Shown piece after piece: positions 45,244-55,566 of a stretch of 64,000 bases of DNA (positions within the stretch are counted from its first letter, which is position 1; every line of letters begins with the position of its first letter). Where the stretch lies: positions 9,955-73,954 of the forward strand of contig MFUV01000010.1 of the NCBI GenBank assembly GCA_001787005.1, written 5' to 3'. The stretch is from Candidatus Nomurabacteria bacterium RIFCSPLOWO2_01_FULL_39_18. Lineage in GTDB: Bacteria > Patescibacteriota > Minisyncoccia > Phycocordibacterales > UBA9973. The notes under the pieces were generated by a model. The model had not been told where the DNA came from and did not search any database. It worked only from the letters and a program-made list of their open reading frames with translations. Position numbers and translations under genes: made by a program.

Positions 45244-46539
45244 ATGCAGAAACAAAAAATTTTAATAGTTGGCTCGGGTGGAGGCAGAGAACATGCAATA
45301 GGGTGGAAACTGGCGCAGTCGCCCAATGCCGGTGAAATATTCTTTGCTTCTGGAAATGCAGGTACAGCAAAAATGGGAACAAACCTTGAAATAAAAGCAG
45401 ACGACATCACCAGCCTGATAGAATTTGCCAAAAAAGAAAGTATTAACTTGACACTCGCTACATCAGATAATGTTCTGGCTTCCGGTGTGGTAGATGAATT
45501 TAAAAAAGTAGGATTGAAAATTTGGGGTCCGACGAAGGCTGCGAGCCAGATTGAATGGTCGAAAACATTTTCGAAGGATTTCATGCGCAGGCATAACTTG
45601 CCTACGGCAAAATTTGAAACTTTTAATGATTATGGGCAAGCAAAAAAATATATTGCGAATCATTCCTTACCGATAGTTATCAAAGCAGATGGTCTAGCTT
45701 TCGGTAAAGGAGTTGTAATTTGTCAAAGTCAAAAAGAAGCAGAAAAAACACTTGAAGATATCATGGTGAAAAAAATATTCGGGGATTCGGGGAATGAAGT
45801 GGTAATAGAAGAATTTCTCATAGGCCCGGAGATTTCAATTCACGCGCTTTCGGACGGGAAGAGTTACAAAATCTTTCCGAGCTCGCAAGATCACAAGAGA
45901 ATTGGTGACGGAGATAAAGGACTAAATACTGGCGGGATGGGGGTAATTGGTCCGCTTCCGTTTGTGAGTAAAGAAATGATGGAAAGAATTGAAAAAGAAA
46001 TTGTCGCTCCGGCACTAAAAGGAATGTCAGATGATGGAACCCCATTTGAAGGAATTTTATATCCAAGTTTGATGCTGACTGCAGATGGGCCGAAGATTAT
46101 TGAGTTCAACGCGCGCTTTGGTGACCCAGAGTGCCAGGTTTATATGCGCCTACTTGACTCAGATTTACTAGAAATTATAAATGCCTGCGTTGATAAAAAA
46201 TTAGAAAAAGTAGAGATTGAATGGAAAAATGTTTTCGCCTGTAACATTGCGCTTGCTTCCGGCGGTTACCCCGGAAATTATGAAAAGGGGAGATTAATCT
46301 CGGGGATCGATAAGGCAGGTCTTGAGCAAGAGATTGTTGTATTTCATGCTGGTACAACTATCAAAGACGGAAAAACAGTTACCAACGGCGGACGAGTCTT
46401 GGGGGTCAGCGCAACAGGGAACACTCTAGAGAAAACGCTTGGAAAAGCTTATAAAGCCATTGAGAAGATTTCTTTTGAGGGAATGCAGTACAGGAAAGAT
46501 ATAGGCAAGAAAGCCCTTTCATTAAAAAAACAAAGGTGA
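45244..46539 (+). CDS. purD: phosphoribosylamine--glycine ligase
   Basis: KILIVGSGGGREHAIGWKL, ATP-grasp core. Confidence 0.9.
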   Translation: MQKQKILIVGSGGGREHAIGWKLAQSPNAGEIFFASGNAGTAKMGTNLEIKADDITSLIEFAKKESINLTLATSDNVLASGVVDEFKKVGLKIWGPTKAASQIEWSKTFSKDFMRRHNLPTAKFETFNDYGQAKKYIANHSLPIVIKADGLAFGKGVVICQSQKEAEKTLEDIMVKKIFGDSGNEVVIEEFLIGPEISIHALSDGKSYKIFPSSQDHKRIGDGDKGLNTGGMGVIGPLPFVSKEMMERIEKEIVAPALKGMSDDGTPFEGILYPSLMLTADGPKIIEFNARFGDPECQVYMRLLDSDLLEIINACVDKKLEKVEIEWKNVFACNIALASGGYPGNYEKGRLISGIDKAGLEQEIVVFHAGTTIKDGKTVTNGGRVLGVSATGNTLEKTLGKAYKAIEKISFEGMQYRKDIGKKALSLKKQR

Positions 46540-46551
46540 TAGTATGAATTC

Positions 46552-47100
46552 ATGAAAAAGACTATCTCGGTGGGAATAATCATGGGTTCGGATTCAGATT
46601 TGGCGGTTATGGCTGAAGCTGGTACGGTTATAGAAGAATTTGACATATCATATGAAATTACCGTGGCTTCAGCCCATCGTAGTCCAGAGTTGGTGCATAA
46701 ATATGTAACTACCGCCAAAGAACGGGGAATAAAAGTTATTATCGCCGGAGCAGGCGGAGCAGCACATTTGGCAGGAGTAGCGGCCTCGCTCACTACACTT
46801 CCGGTTATCGGTATACCAATAAAAACAAAAAGTTTGGACGGGCTTGATTCACTTCTGTCCACCATAAGTATGCCTCCGGGGGTGCCGGTGGCAACCGTTG
46901 GTATCAATGCCGGCAAAAATGCCGGACTCCTTGCGGTGCAAATCCTTGCAATAGGTAATAAAAATTTGGAAAGTAAATTAATTGCCTACAAAGAAAAAAT
47001 GAATATTGAGATAAAGATAAAGGGTGAAAAGCTTTCCGAAATCGGATATAAAAAATATTTGGCCTCGCCCGTGGACGACCTACGGCCGAGGGAGAAATAA
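46552..47100 (+). CDS. purE: (N5-carboxy)aminoimidazole ribonucleotide mutase/carboxylase PurE
   Basis: [26 protein letters not shown] motifs. Confidence 0.85.
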   Translation: MKKTISVGIIMGSDSDLAVMAEAGTVIEEFDISYEITVASAHRSPELVHKYVTTAKERGIKVIIAGAGGAAHLAGVAASLTTLPVIGIPIKTKSLDGLDSLLSTISMPPGVPVATVGINAGKNAGLLAVQILAIGNKNLESKLIAYKEKMNIEIKIKGEKLSEIGYKKYLASPVDDLRPREK

Positions 47101-47102
47101 AA

Positions 47103-47945
47103 ATGTTAGAATTGATTGATGCAATAATTAAAACAAGAGAAACGGTGGCCGACATTTTTGTGAAGTCGTTGGTCAACCTTGAAGGAAATTCAGAGGTTGA
47201 AATTGTGAAAAAAATCCTTACTGAAATTAAAAATCACAACGAAATATTCCCCGAAGGGTGGTACAGTCCTCCACCAGCGGGAGTTGCAGTCTTGCTAGAC
47301 CAAAAACCATTTGAACGCTTGAAATATGACTCATTACGAAATCCTGATTTTTGGCCAAAAGAAAACTTGCGTCTGGAGAAAGAGACTGTCGGACTAATTT
47401 TTTTCTCACCAATTGATCGGAAAACAAATATGATAGGAGACATTGGTTTTACTCTATATAGAGGAAATAATGAAGAAATAAAACAACATCTAAGAAAAGC
47501 TTATAAAAATATATTGGAAGTTGCGAAACATGCGGAAGTTGGAATGAGGTTTTCTGATTTGTGTATGTTTGCCATTAATTTGTTTCAAGACAAATTTAAG
47601 ATAACTAGATGGGCCTCAATAAGTTCCGACCCAAATGTATCTATAAACATCGGACATTCAGTTCCGGGGTCTTTTGAAAATAATCCTACTTTTGGAAATA
47701 CTTTTGAAAAAATAAAAGAAAGTATTAGAACAAAACGAGTTCATCTTATTGGGACTGAAAATTTTTATATTCCAAAGACATGTGCGTTTACCGTTGAATC
47801 AAGATTGGAAAATTTCGATAATCCAAACCTACCAAGTACCTATTTTCATTTTATCGTGTGTTTCGATAATGGCAAGAAAACAATTTTAGAAAATTATAGT
47901 GAAATTTTTAAAACAGTCGGAATGGATTATATGAACGTAAAATAA
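47103..47945 (+). CDS. hypothetical protein inside the purine operon with an M24 'pita-bread'-like motif pattern (possibly non-peptidase)
   Basis: 280 aa; motif order resembles the map gene at 7754 (IDRKTNMIGDIG, INIGHSVPG, FTVESR, FIVCFDNG) but the metal ligands are partly substituted. Confidence 0.35.
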   Translation: MLELIDAIIKTRETVADIFVKSLVNLEGNSEVEIVKKILTEIKNHNEIFPEGWYSPPPAGVAVLLDQKPFERLKYDSLRNPDFWPKENLRLEKETVGLIFFSPIDRKTNMIGDIGFTLYRGNNEEIKQHLRKAYKNILEVAKHAEVGMRFSDLCMFAINLFQDKFKITRWASISSDPNVSINIGHSVPGSFENNPTFGNTFEKIKESIRTKRVHLIGTENFYIPKTCAFTVESRLENFDNPNLPSTYFHFIVCFDNGKKTILENYSEIFKTVGMDYMNVK

Positions 47946-47949
47946 TCAC

Positions 47950-49110
47950 ATGAGCAAATCATCAAAAAAGAAAATTTATTCTCAAGATGGTGTTGATGTG
48001 GAAGAAGAAGCTTCGTTTAGTAGTTTCGCCGGGTCAATTTGCAAGAAAAGTTATAAGAATTCACCCTTTGTTAAAGTTCATGATTTCTCGGGCGGAGGAT
48101 TTCGTGGTCCTCGGCCTTTTACTCTGAAGAATCTTCCGAAAGGATATTTTATTGAAGCTTCAACAGACAGCATCGGTACCAAAGGTATTTTGATCGATGC
48201 AGCAAAAACTCATCATCTAGCGGCTCACGACCTCATCGCCATGACCGCAAGCGACATCACTCGCTTTGGTGGAGTGCCTTTAGTTGTGGTAAATATACTT
48301 GATGTTGATTCGGTAGGAACGAAAGGAGACAAAGTTAGTAAAATATGTAAAAGCGCAATTTCTGGACTGGGTGAAGTTGCAAAAAAATCTAAAATTGTGG
48401 TATTAAAAGGAGAGACTGCTCAGATGGGCAATGCCTTGGGTGGGGAGGATGCACATTCGAAAACAAAGTTGAATTGGGGAGCCACTATGATTGGCGCTTA
48501 TCATAAAAATAAAATGATTACCGGGGAAAATTTATCAGCCGGACAGGTTATTATTGCGCTTAAAGAAAACGGTTTCCGATGCAATGGCATAAGCTCAGTG
48601 CGTAAAGCATTGAAACAAAAATTTGGTAAAAGTTGGTGGAAAAATCCTAGAGCAAAAGAAAGCATAAAACAAGCGGCAACTCCTTCGATGCTCTATGACA
48701 TGTTCATAAACACTCTGCATGGCTGGTTTAGTAAGAACTTTAAGCCAGAAATTCCTATCCATGCTATCGTTCATTTATCCGGCGGAGCTTTTAAGGAAAA
48801 ATTGGCAAAAGATATTCTTTTTCCAAAAAAACTTTCCGCAGAACTTTTTGATTTATGGGAACCACTCCAAATTATGAGAGAATGCGCAGAATGGCGAAAA
48901 ATTAATGATGAAGAATTCTATGAAGTTTGGCATGGAGGGCAAGGTATGTTATTGGTTATAAATGCGAAAGATGCCCCATACTGCATAAAGAGGGCGAAAG
49001 ATTTTGGGATTAAAGCAAAAATTGCAGGTAAAATTACTAAAACAAAAAATTCAAAAGTTACTATAATTTCTAAATTAACAAAAAATAAAAAAATAATATA
49101 TAATCAATGA
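47950..49110 (+). CDS. purM: phosphoribosylformylglycinamidine cyclo-ligase (AIR synthase)
   Basis: PurM-like N- and C-domains; position between purE and purC. Confidence 0.75.
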   Translation: MSKSSKKKIYSQDGVDVEEEASFSSFAGSICKKSYKNSPFVKVHDFSGGGFRGPRPFTLKNLPKGYFIEASTDSIGTKGILIDAAKTHHLAAHDLIAMTASDITRFGGVPLVVVNILDVDSVGTKGDKVSKICKSAISGLGEVAKKSKIVVLKGETAQMGNALGGEDAHSKTKLNWGATMIGAYHKNKMITGENLSAGQVIIALKENGFRCNGISSVRKALKQKFGKSWWKNPRAKESIKQAATPSMLYDMFINTLHGWFSKNFKPEIPIHAIVHLSGGAFKEKLAKDILFPKKLSAELFDLWEPLQIMRECAEWRKINDEEFYEVWHGGQGMLLVINAKDAPYCIKRAKDFGIKAKIAGKITKTKNSKVTIISKLTKNKKIIYNQ

Positions 49111-49113
49111 TGT

Positions 49114-50049
49114 ATGAACATCCTAGAAAAAACGGATTTTAAAAACTTAGGAGAGAAGTATGTCGGCAAGGTACGCGATGTTTATATTCAGCCCGATAGA
49201 GTCATTATGGTCTCCACCGACAGGTACTCCGCTTTTGACCGCAACTTAGCACTAATACCTTGCAAGGGCCAAGTGCTGACACAAGTCAGTAAATTCTGGT
49301 TCGAGCAAACGAAGGATATTGTGCCAAATCATGTCATTGATTTTCCTGATCCAAATGTGGTGGTGGGAAAGAAATGCGAAGTTTTGCCGGTAGAAATAGT
49401 GCCTCGAGGCTACATTACCGGAGTTACCGGAACTTCGTTGTGGACCTTATATCAGAAAGGCCAGAGAGATTTCGGTGACTTTACTTTACCGGATGGAATG
49501 AAAAAAAATCAGAAACTGGAAAAAGTTGTGCTTACGCCTACTACTAAACACGAAACGCACGATCGACCCCTCTCCAGCAAAGAAGTTGTTGACGGTGGCT
49601 ATATGACCAAAGATCAATGGGAAAGAGTTTCTGATATCTCTTTGAAATTATTCAAGCGAGGGCAAGAAATCGCCCTACAAAAGGGATTAATCTTAGTAGA
49701 TTGTAAGTACGAATTTGGAATAGACGAAAAGGGTGAATTAATGCTAATAGATGAATTGCACACCCCGGATTCTTCCCGTTATTGGCAAGCTAATTCTTAT
49801 CAAGCAAGGATAGAACAGGGGCTTGAGCCGGAAAATTTTGATAAAGAGTTTTTACGTCTGTGGTTTAAAGACAACTGCGATCCGTACAAAGATGAAAAGC
49901 TGCCAGAAGCTCCGGCGGAAATGGTAAATGAGCTTTCTCGAAGATATGTAAAAATTTGCGAGCAAATCACCGGAATGCCTTTTGAGGTAGAATCAGGCGA
50001 TATTGAAAAAAGAATCGAAAATAATCTAAAAAAATACGAATTAAAATAA
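49114..50049 (+). CDS. purC: phosphoribosylaminoimidazole-succinocarboxamide synthase
   Basis: SAICAR synthetase motifs (GKVRDVY, LILVDCKYEFG). Confidence 0.85.
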   Translation: MNILEKTDFKNLGEKYVGKVRDVYIQPDRVIMVSTDRYSAFDRNLALIPCKGQVLTQVSKFWFEQTKDIVPNHVIDFPDPNVVVGKKCEVLPVEIVPRGYITGVTGTSLWTLYQKGQRDFGDFTLPDGMKKNQKLEKVVLTPTTKHETHDRPLSSKEVVDGGYMTKDQWERVSDISLKLFKRGQEIALQKGLILVDCKYEFGIDEKGELMLIDELHTPDSSRYWQANSYQARIEQGLEPENFDKEFLRLWFKDNCDPYKDEKLPEAPAEMVNELSRRYVKICEQITGMPFEVESGDIEKRIENNLKKYELK

Positions 50050-50050
50050 T

Positions 50051-51439
50051 ATGCCCCTAAATTCGATCTCTCCAATAGACGGACGATATGAGAAATACAC
50101 CAAACCTCTGGTGCCATATTTTAGCGAATCTGCCTCGATGAAATACAAAATCCTTATGGAGTGTGAATATTTAATTGCTCTATCAGAAACCAAGGGAGTA
50201 AGATTGCGAAAATTGAGCGCAAAAGAAAAAAGTTTGATAAGAAATGTCTATGAAAAGTTTTCATTAATAGACGCGCAAATTATTACCGATATCGAATTAA
50301 AGGGTTACAAAAACATCAAAGCCACCAATCATGATTTTAAGGCGATAGAATATTTCACGAAAGATAAGTTAAAAACAACAAGTTTAAAAAACTGCTTAGA
50401 ATGGGTCCATTTTGCATTAACTAGCGAAGATGCAAGTAATATTGCCTATGCCCTGATGTTAAGTGAAGGCTTGCGAGATGTATTCTTGCCAGCCCTGGAG
50501 GAAGTTATAAAAAAAATTGGACAGTTGGCTAAAACAAATAAAAATATGCCTATATTGGCTCGTACACATGGTCAACCAGCTTCTCCGACTACTTTTGGCA
50601 AGGAATTTAAAATTTTTTATTCGAGACTCAACAGACAGCTAGGACAATTAAAGAAATATCGCCCGCAAGCAAAGTTAAACGGGGCTACTGGCAATTATAA
50701 TGCCTTGGCTGTGGCATATCCCCGTATTGACTGGGTAAAATTTTCTGAAAAATTTATTAGACAGATAAATAAACAAAGGAAAAACAATTTAGAAGCGAGC
50801 TTGCTAACAACCCAAATAGAATCAAGTGATAGTTATGCAGAACTTTTTGACATTATCCGTCGTGTAAACACTATTCTAATTGATTTCAACCAAGATGTCT
50901 GGCGTTACATTAGCGACGATTGGATTGGTCAGAAATTAAAAGAGGGAGAAGTAGGTTCATCTACCATGCCCCATAAGGTAAACCCTTGGTTTTTGGAAAA
51001 TAGTGAGGGAAATTTAGGTATAGCTAATTCGCTATTTGAATTTTTTAGCAGAAAATTACCAGTATCTCGATTGCAAAGAGATCTGTCAAATTCCACAGTG
51101 TTGCGAAATATTGGTACCGCATTCGGACATTCTTTGATTGGATATAAATATCTTATAAATCAACTTGGCAGGCTTCAGATAAACAAACAAAAAACTTTGG
51201 AAGACTTAAAAAAACACCCGGAAATAATCGCGGAAGCTATTCAGACCATTTTGCGTAGAGAGGGCGTAAAAATGCCTTATGAAAAATTAAAGGAACTAAC
51301 TCGGGGCAAACAAGTTACGCTAGATGATATTCATAATTTTATAAATTCTTTAGACATCAATAAAAAAATTAAAAAAGAATTATTGAAAATTACTCCAGAG
51401 AATTACATAGGGCTGGCGTCAAAACTCGCTTCAATGTAA
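50051..51439 (+). CDS. purB: adenylosuccinate lyase
   Basis: Fumarase/ASL family signature GSSTMPHKVNP. Confidence 0.85.
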   Translation: MPLNSISPIDGRYEKYTKPLVPYFSESASMKYKILMECEYLIALSETKGVRLRKLSAKEKSLIRNVYEKFSLIDAQIITDIELKGYKNIKATNHDFKAIEYFTKDKLKTTSLKNCLEWVHFALTSEDASNIAYALMLSEGLRDVFLPALEEVIKKIGQLAKTNKNMPILARTHGQPASPTTFGKEFKIFYSRLNRQLGQLKKYRPQAKLNGATGNYNALAVAYPRIDWVKFSEKFIRQINKQRKNNLEASLLTTQIESSDSYAELFDIIRRVNTILIDFNQDVWRYISDDWIGQKLKEGEVGSSTMPHKVNPWFLENSEGNLGIANSLFEFFSRKLPVSRLQRDLSNSTVLRNIGTAFGHSLIGYKYLINQLGRLQINKQKTLEDLKKHPEIIAEAIQTILRREGVKMPYEKLKELTRGKQVTLDDIHNFINSLDINKKIKKELLKITPENYIGLASKLASM

Positions 51440-51448
51440 GATAAGAAG

Positions 51449-51712
51449 ATGGTTAAGAGAATTCTGGCTTTTATGATACTTTTGCTTTCCATACTTTTTA
51501 TGCCCTTTTGGGTGTCTGCCATATTGGCATTTGCGGGCATGGTATATTTTTCTTTCTTTGCGGAGGCTGTTGTTCTGTTTTTCTTATCTGATTTGCTTTA
51601 TGGAGCAAGAGAGGCAAAATTTTTTAATATAGTTTTTGTTTCTTTAATCATTTCGGTTTTAACCCTATTTGTCTTAGAATTTTTAAAGAAAAAAATTAAA
51701 TTTTACCCATAA
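51449..51712 (+). CDS. small membrane protein (87 aa)
   Basis: ORF with 3 hydrophobic segments immediately upstream of mrdA (MreD-like position; speculative). Confidence 0.3.
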   Translation: MVKRILAFMILLLSILFMPFWVSAILAFAGMVYFSFFAEAVVLFFLSDLLYGAREAKFFNIVFVSLIISVLTLFVLEFLKKKIKFYP

Positions 51713-53445
51713 TGATATTGCGAATTTTTAAAAAAAGAAAACGGAAAAATACCGAAGTTGCTCCTGATGAGATTTTTCTTGATTCAGAAAATCAGCAGAA
51801 TTTCGACCGTCAGCAATTCGAGGGCCGGATAGAAAAACCGATTTCTAAAAAAAATATTTTGTTTCTCGGTGTTTTGTTTTTTATATTTGCCGGGTTGTTC
51901 GGGGGACGTCTTGCATATCTGCAAATACATAAGGGAGAAGCCTACTTAGAAAGGAGCGAAAATAATATTCTAGAAAAAGTAATTATTTTCACTGAAAGGG
52001 GAATAATTAATGACCGTAACAACAAAGAATTAGCTTGGAATGAGCCTGTGCGCAACTCTGAAGATACCGTAACGATGGATGGTAAAAAAGAATTACCGGA
52101 AACACTTTCTAATCGTATCTATTTATCACCTGGATTTTCGCATTTATTAGGATATGTAAGTTATCCAGCCAAAGATAAAGATGGGAATTTTTGGCAGAGT
52201 GAATTCATGGGCAAGGACGGACTTGAAAAAGAGTATGATAATAAAATCAAGGGTGAAAATGGATCGAAGATAATAGAAACCGACGCATTGGGAGAAATTG
52301 TTTCAGAAAATGTTGTAAATACTCCCAAACGTGGTCCAGATCTGAAAACAACGATTGACTCGCAAGTCCAGAAAGAATTATTCACCTTGATAAAAAATTT
52401 ATCAGAAAATAACTCATTTACTGGCGGAGCGGGAATATTAATGGATATTCAAAATGGCGAAATAATAGCCTCCACCAGCTTCCCGGAATATGATGCGGAA
52501 ATTCTTTCGTTGGGAGATGATACGGTAAAAATTAATAATTATATAAATAATGAAAGAAAATTTTTTCTAGACAGAACAATCTCTGGACTTTATACTCCAG
52601 GTTCAATCGTAAAGCCATTTCTCGCAATGGGAGCTTTGACGGAAGGTATTATCGACCCTTATAAAAAAATTCTTTCTACGGGATCAATTTCAATTCCGAA
52701 TCCATATTTTAAAGATCAGGAGAGCATTTTCAAAGACTGGAGAGCGCACGGCTGGACGGATATGGCGCAAGCTCTTGCCGTCTCGAGCGACGTCTATTTT
52801 TATTCAATCGGAGGAGGCTTTGAAGATCAGACGGGTCTTGGAATCTCAAATATTGAAAGGTATGCTCGACTTTTCGGAGTTGGAGAGAAAACAGGAATTG
52901 ACTTGCCAGATGAAAAAGCGGGCATTATCCCAAATCCAAAATGGAAAGAAGAAAATTTTAATGGGGATCCATGGCGTCTCGGAGATACTTATCATACCGC
53001 TATCGGACAATACGGATTCCAGGTTACTCCAATCCAAATGGCACGTGCTGTATCAGCCATAGGAAATTACGGAAAACTTGTAACCCCGCATTTTATATTA
53101 GGTGATATGGAAAAGGAAAATCAAATTTTAATGACAGATTTTCCAAAAGAAAATTTCGATGTTATTCATGAAGGGATGAGGCAAGCTGTTACTTATGGCA
53201 CAGCGGTAACTCTAAATGTGCCTTATGTAAAAGTTGCCGCAAAAACTGGTACAGCTCAACTTGGCGTAAATAAAAATAAGGTTAACTCGTGGGTTATTGG
53301 TTTTTTCCCATATGAAAATCCGCGATATGCTTTCACCGTAATGATGGAAGCCGGTCCTTCGGCCAACAGCGCCAGCGCTTCATCTGTTATGCGAGGACTG
53401 TTAGACTGGATGTATATCTACACTCCAGAGTACTTCAGCCAGTAA
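51712..53445 (+). CDS. mrdA: penicillin-binding protein 2-type peptidoglycan transpeptidase
   Basis: N-terminal TM, dimerisation domain, transpeptidase SIVKPF (SxxK), SSD (SxN), KTGT (KTG) motifs. Confidence 0.8.
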   Translation: MILRIFKKRKRKNTEVAPDEIFLDSENQQNFDRQQFEGRIEKPISKKNILFLGVLFFIFAGLFGGRLAYLQIHKGEAYLERSENNILEKVIIFTERGIINDRNNKELAWNEPVRNSEDTVTMDGKKELPETLSNRIYLSPGFSHLLGYVSYPAKDKDGNFWQSEFMGKDGLEKEYDNKIKGENGSKIIETDALGEIVSENVVNTPKRGPDLKTTIDSQVQKELFTLIKNLSENNSFTGGAGILMDIQNGEIIASTSFPEYDAEILSLGDDTVKINNYINNERKFFLDRTISGLYTPGSIVKPFLAMGALTEGIIDPYKKILSTGSISIPNPYFKDQESIFKDWRAHGWTDMAQALAVSSDVYFYSIGGGFEDQTGLGISNIERYARLFGVGEKTGIDLPDEKAGIIPNPKWKEENFNGDPWRLGDTYHTAIGQYGFQVTPIQMARAVSAIGNYGKLVTPHFILGDMEKENQILMTDFPKENFDVIHEGMRQAVTYGTAVTLNVPYVKVAAKTGTAQLGVNKNKVNSWVIGFFPYENPRYAFTVMMEAGPSANSASASSVMRGLLDWMYIYTPEYFSQ

Positions 53446-53485
53446 GATTTGTAGTGAATTCGCGGTATTTGCATTTTTTGTCTCC

Positions 53486-53752
53486 ATGAAATACAATATA
53501 ACTATGCGTAGAGCATATATATTTTTGTTTTTAGGCATTTGGGTGGCGATTCTGCCATATTTGGGTTTTCCGCATTCTTGGAAGAATATCTTATTTACTA
53601 TCTCTGGTTTAGGAATTATTTACTTCAGTTTTATATTGTACGGAGAATACAAAGGTAAGGAAAAACAAGTAAAAACCTTTGATAATTTTTCAGAAAACAA
53701 TAACTTTGGTGAAAAAGAAAAGGGTGGCGAAGAAAAATCAGAAGAAAAATAA
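53486..53752 (+). CDS. small membrane protein with acidic tail (88 aa)
   Basis: ORF only. Confidence 0.3.
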   Translation: MKYNITMRRAYIFLFLGIWVAILPYLGFPHSWKNILFTISGLGIIYFSFILYGEYKGKEKQVKTFDNFSENNNFGEKEKGGEEKSEEK

Positions 53753-53758
53753 TACAAA

Positions 53759-54985
53759 ATGTCAGAATTTTTTAAAACAAGATATGTCACTGGTGTTGTT
53801 TTATTTATAACTCTCTTTTTCATTCTGGGTGTTTATGTGGGCTTCAACCATCGCTCCGAGATAGAAAAAGTTGCAAACCTTTCTGGAAAAGAAACTGCGG
53901 TAGCGACAGAAGCCGATTTTTCTCCTTTTTGGAAAGTTTGGAATCTTATAAATGAAAAATATCCAAGTGTCAGCGAAGTAACAGACCAGGAGCGGATTTA
54001 CGGCGCGATTTCGGGCTTAATGAGCTCCCTTGATGACCCTTACAGCGTATTTTTTGATCCAGAAGAAGCAAAAATGTTTCAAGATGAAATAGCCGGCAAT
54101 TTTAGTGGAGTTGGCATGGAAGTAGGCAAAAAAGATGGAGTGCTCACCGTCATAGCACCCCTGAAAGACACTCCAGCTTATCGAGCCGGCATAAAATCAG
54201 GAGATAAAATTTTAAAAATTGATCAAGTCATTACTATCGATTTCACTGTCGAGCAAGCTGTTAGATTAATAAGAGGGGAGAAAGGTACGGAGGTCACGCT
54301 CACCATACTACACGATGGAGAGAGAGAACCGGTAGAAATAAAAATTGTCCGGGATGTCATCAATCTGCCGACCCTAGACACAGAATTACGTCCTGATGGA
54401 ATTTTTGTAATAAAACTTTATAGTTTTTCGGCTATTTCCACTCCTTTGTTTCGTAATGCTATGAAAGAATTTGCTTCAGCGAAAACTGACAGACTTGTGC
54501 TTGACTTGAGGGGGAATCCCGGCGGATACTTGAGCGCCGCTGTGAATATAGCCAGCTGGTTCCTGCCAGAAGGAAAGATTGTTGTAACGGAAGATTATGG
54601 AAACAATAAAGATCCAGTAGTATTCAGAAGCAGGGGTTATGGCATATTTAGCGATAAATTTAAATTCGTAGTCCTAATAGATGGTGGATCCGCTTCAGCG
54701 TCTGAGATCGTAGCGGGCGCATTGCAAGATCATAAACAAGCAATTCTCGTGGGCGATAAGAGCTTCGGTAAAGGCTCTGTACAGGAAGTTGAAGATGTGA
54801 CGGCCGACACGATTTTGAAAATTACGGTTGCTAAGTGGCTTACACCTAATGATCATTTAATTGCTGAGACGGGCCTCACTCCAGACTATCCGGTTAAATT
54901 TACCAGAGAAGACGCAAATGCAAAGAAGGACCCTCAAATGGATAAAGCGGTAGAGTTGTTAAATAGTTGGCCGGGTATAAAATAA
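53759..54985 (+). CDS. ctpA: carboxy-terminal processing protease (S41) with PDZ
   Basis: GVGMEVG PDZ start, S41 catalytic GGSASASEI..K dyad region. Confidence 0.8.
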   Translation: MSEFFKTRYVTGVVLFITLFFILGVYVGFNHRSEIEKVANLSGKETAVATEADFSPFWKVWNLINEKYPSVSEVTDQERIYGAISGLMSSLDDPYSVFFDPEEAKMFQDEIAGNFSGVGMEVGKKDGVLTVIAPLKDTPAYRAGIKSGDKILKIDQVITIDFTVEQAVRLIRGEKGTEVTLTILHDGEREPVEIKIVRDVINLPTLDTELRPDGIFVIKLYSFSAISTPLFRNAMKEFASAKTDRLVLDLRGNPGGYLSAAVNIASWFLPEGKIVVTEDYGNNKDPVVFRSRGYGIFSDKFKFVVLIDGGSASASEIVAGALQDHKQAILVGDKSFGKGSVQEVEDVTADTILKITVAKWLTPNDHLIAETGLTPDYPVKFTREDANAKKDPQMDKAVELLNSWPGIK

Positions 54986-54993
54986 AAAATATG

Positions 54994-55102
54994 AATCCCG
55001 TTAGAAATTTACAAAACGGGATGAGATTATAAGATTAACAATAATCATCTATCTTTATTTATAAAAATATAAGTACGAATAGTATGATTTCTAAACGGGA
55101 TG
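54994..55102 (+). promoter_or_regulatory. inverted-repeat module AATCCCGTTAGAAAT ... ATTTCTAAACGGGATG; downstream arm contains the rplI start codon
   Basis: Arms 54994-55008 and 55087-55102 are complementary and separated by 78 nt; the first arm also forms a local hairpin atcccgtt/aacgggat after ctpA. Confidence 0.55.
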
Positions 55103-55564
55103 AAAGTGATATTTCTGCGCGATGTGCCCAGAGTTGGGAAAAAATATGATGTCAAAGAAGTCAATGACGGCTACGCCATGAATTTTTTATTTCCTAGAAA
55201 ATTAGCGCAAAATGCCACACCAAAGGCGCTAGCAGAACTTGAAACCCGAAAAAAAGATATCATATTAGAAAGGGAAGTGCAGGCAGACCTTTTAATGAAA
55301 AATTTGGAAGAAATAAAAGGAAAAGTCCTGCATATTAAAGCCAAGGCAGATGATAAGGGTCATTTATATTCCCAAATCCATGAAAAAGAAATCGTGGAAG
55401 CAATGAAGAGCGAACACCGGGCTGACATTACGGAAGAATTTATTGTATTAGAAAAACCGATTAAAGAAGTAGGGGAGTTCGAAATTCCGATAGAAATCAA
55501 GACCGCCGCCGGTGGCGAGGTAAGCAAAAAATCTTCGTTTAAACTCGTGGTGGAGGGAAATTAA
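55100..55564 (+). CDS. rplI: 50S ribosomal protein L9
   Basis: [36 protein letters not shown]. Confidence 0.85.
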   Translation: MKVIFLRDVPRVGKKYDVKEVNDGYAMNFLFPRKLAQNATPKALAELETRKKDIILEREVQADLLMKNLEEIKGKVLHIKAKADDKGHLYSQIHEKEIVEAMKSEHRADITEEFIVLEKPIKEVGEFEIPIEIKTAAGGEVSKKSSFKLVVEGN

Positions 55565-55566
55565 AT

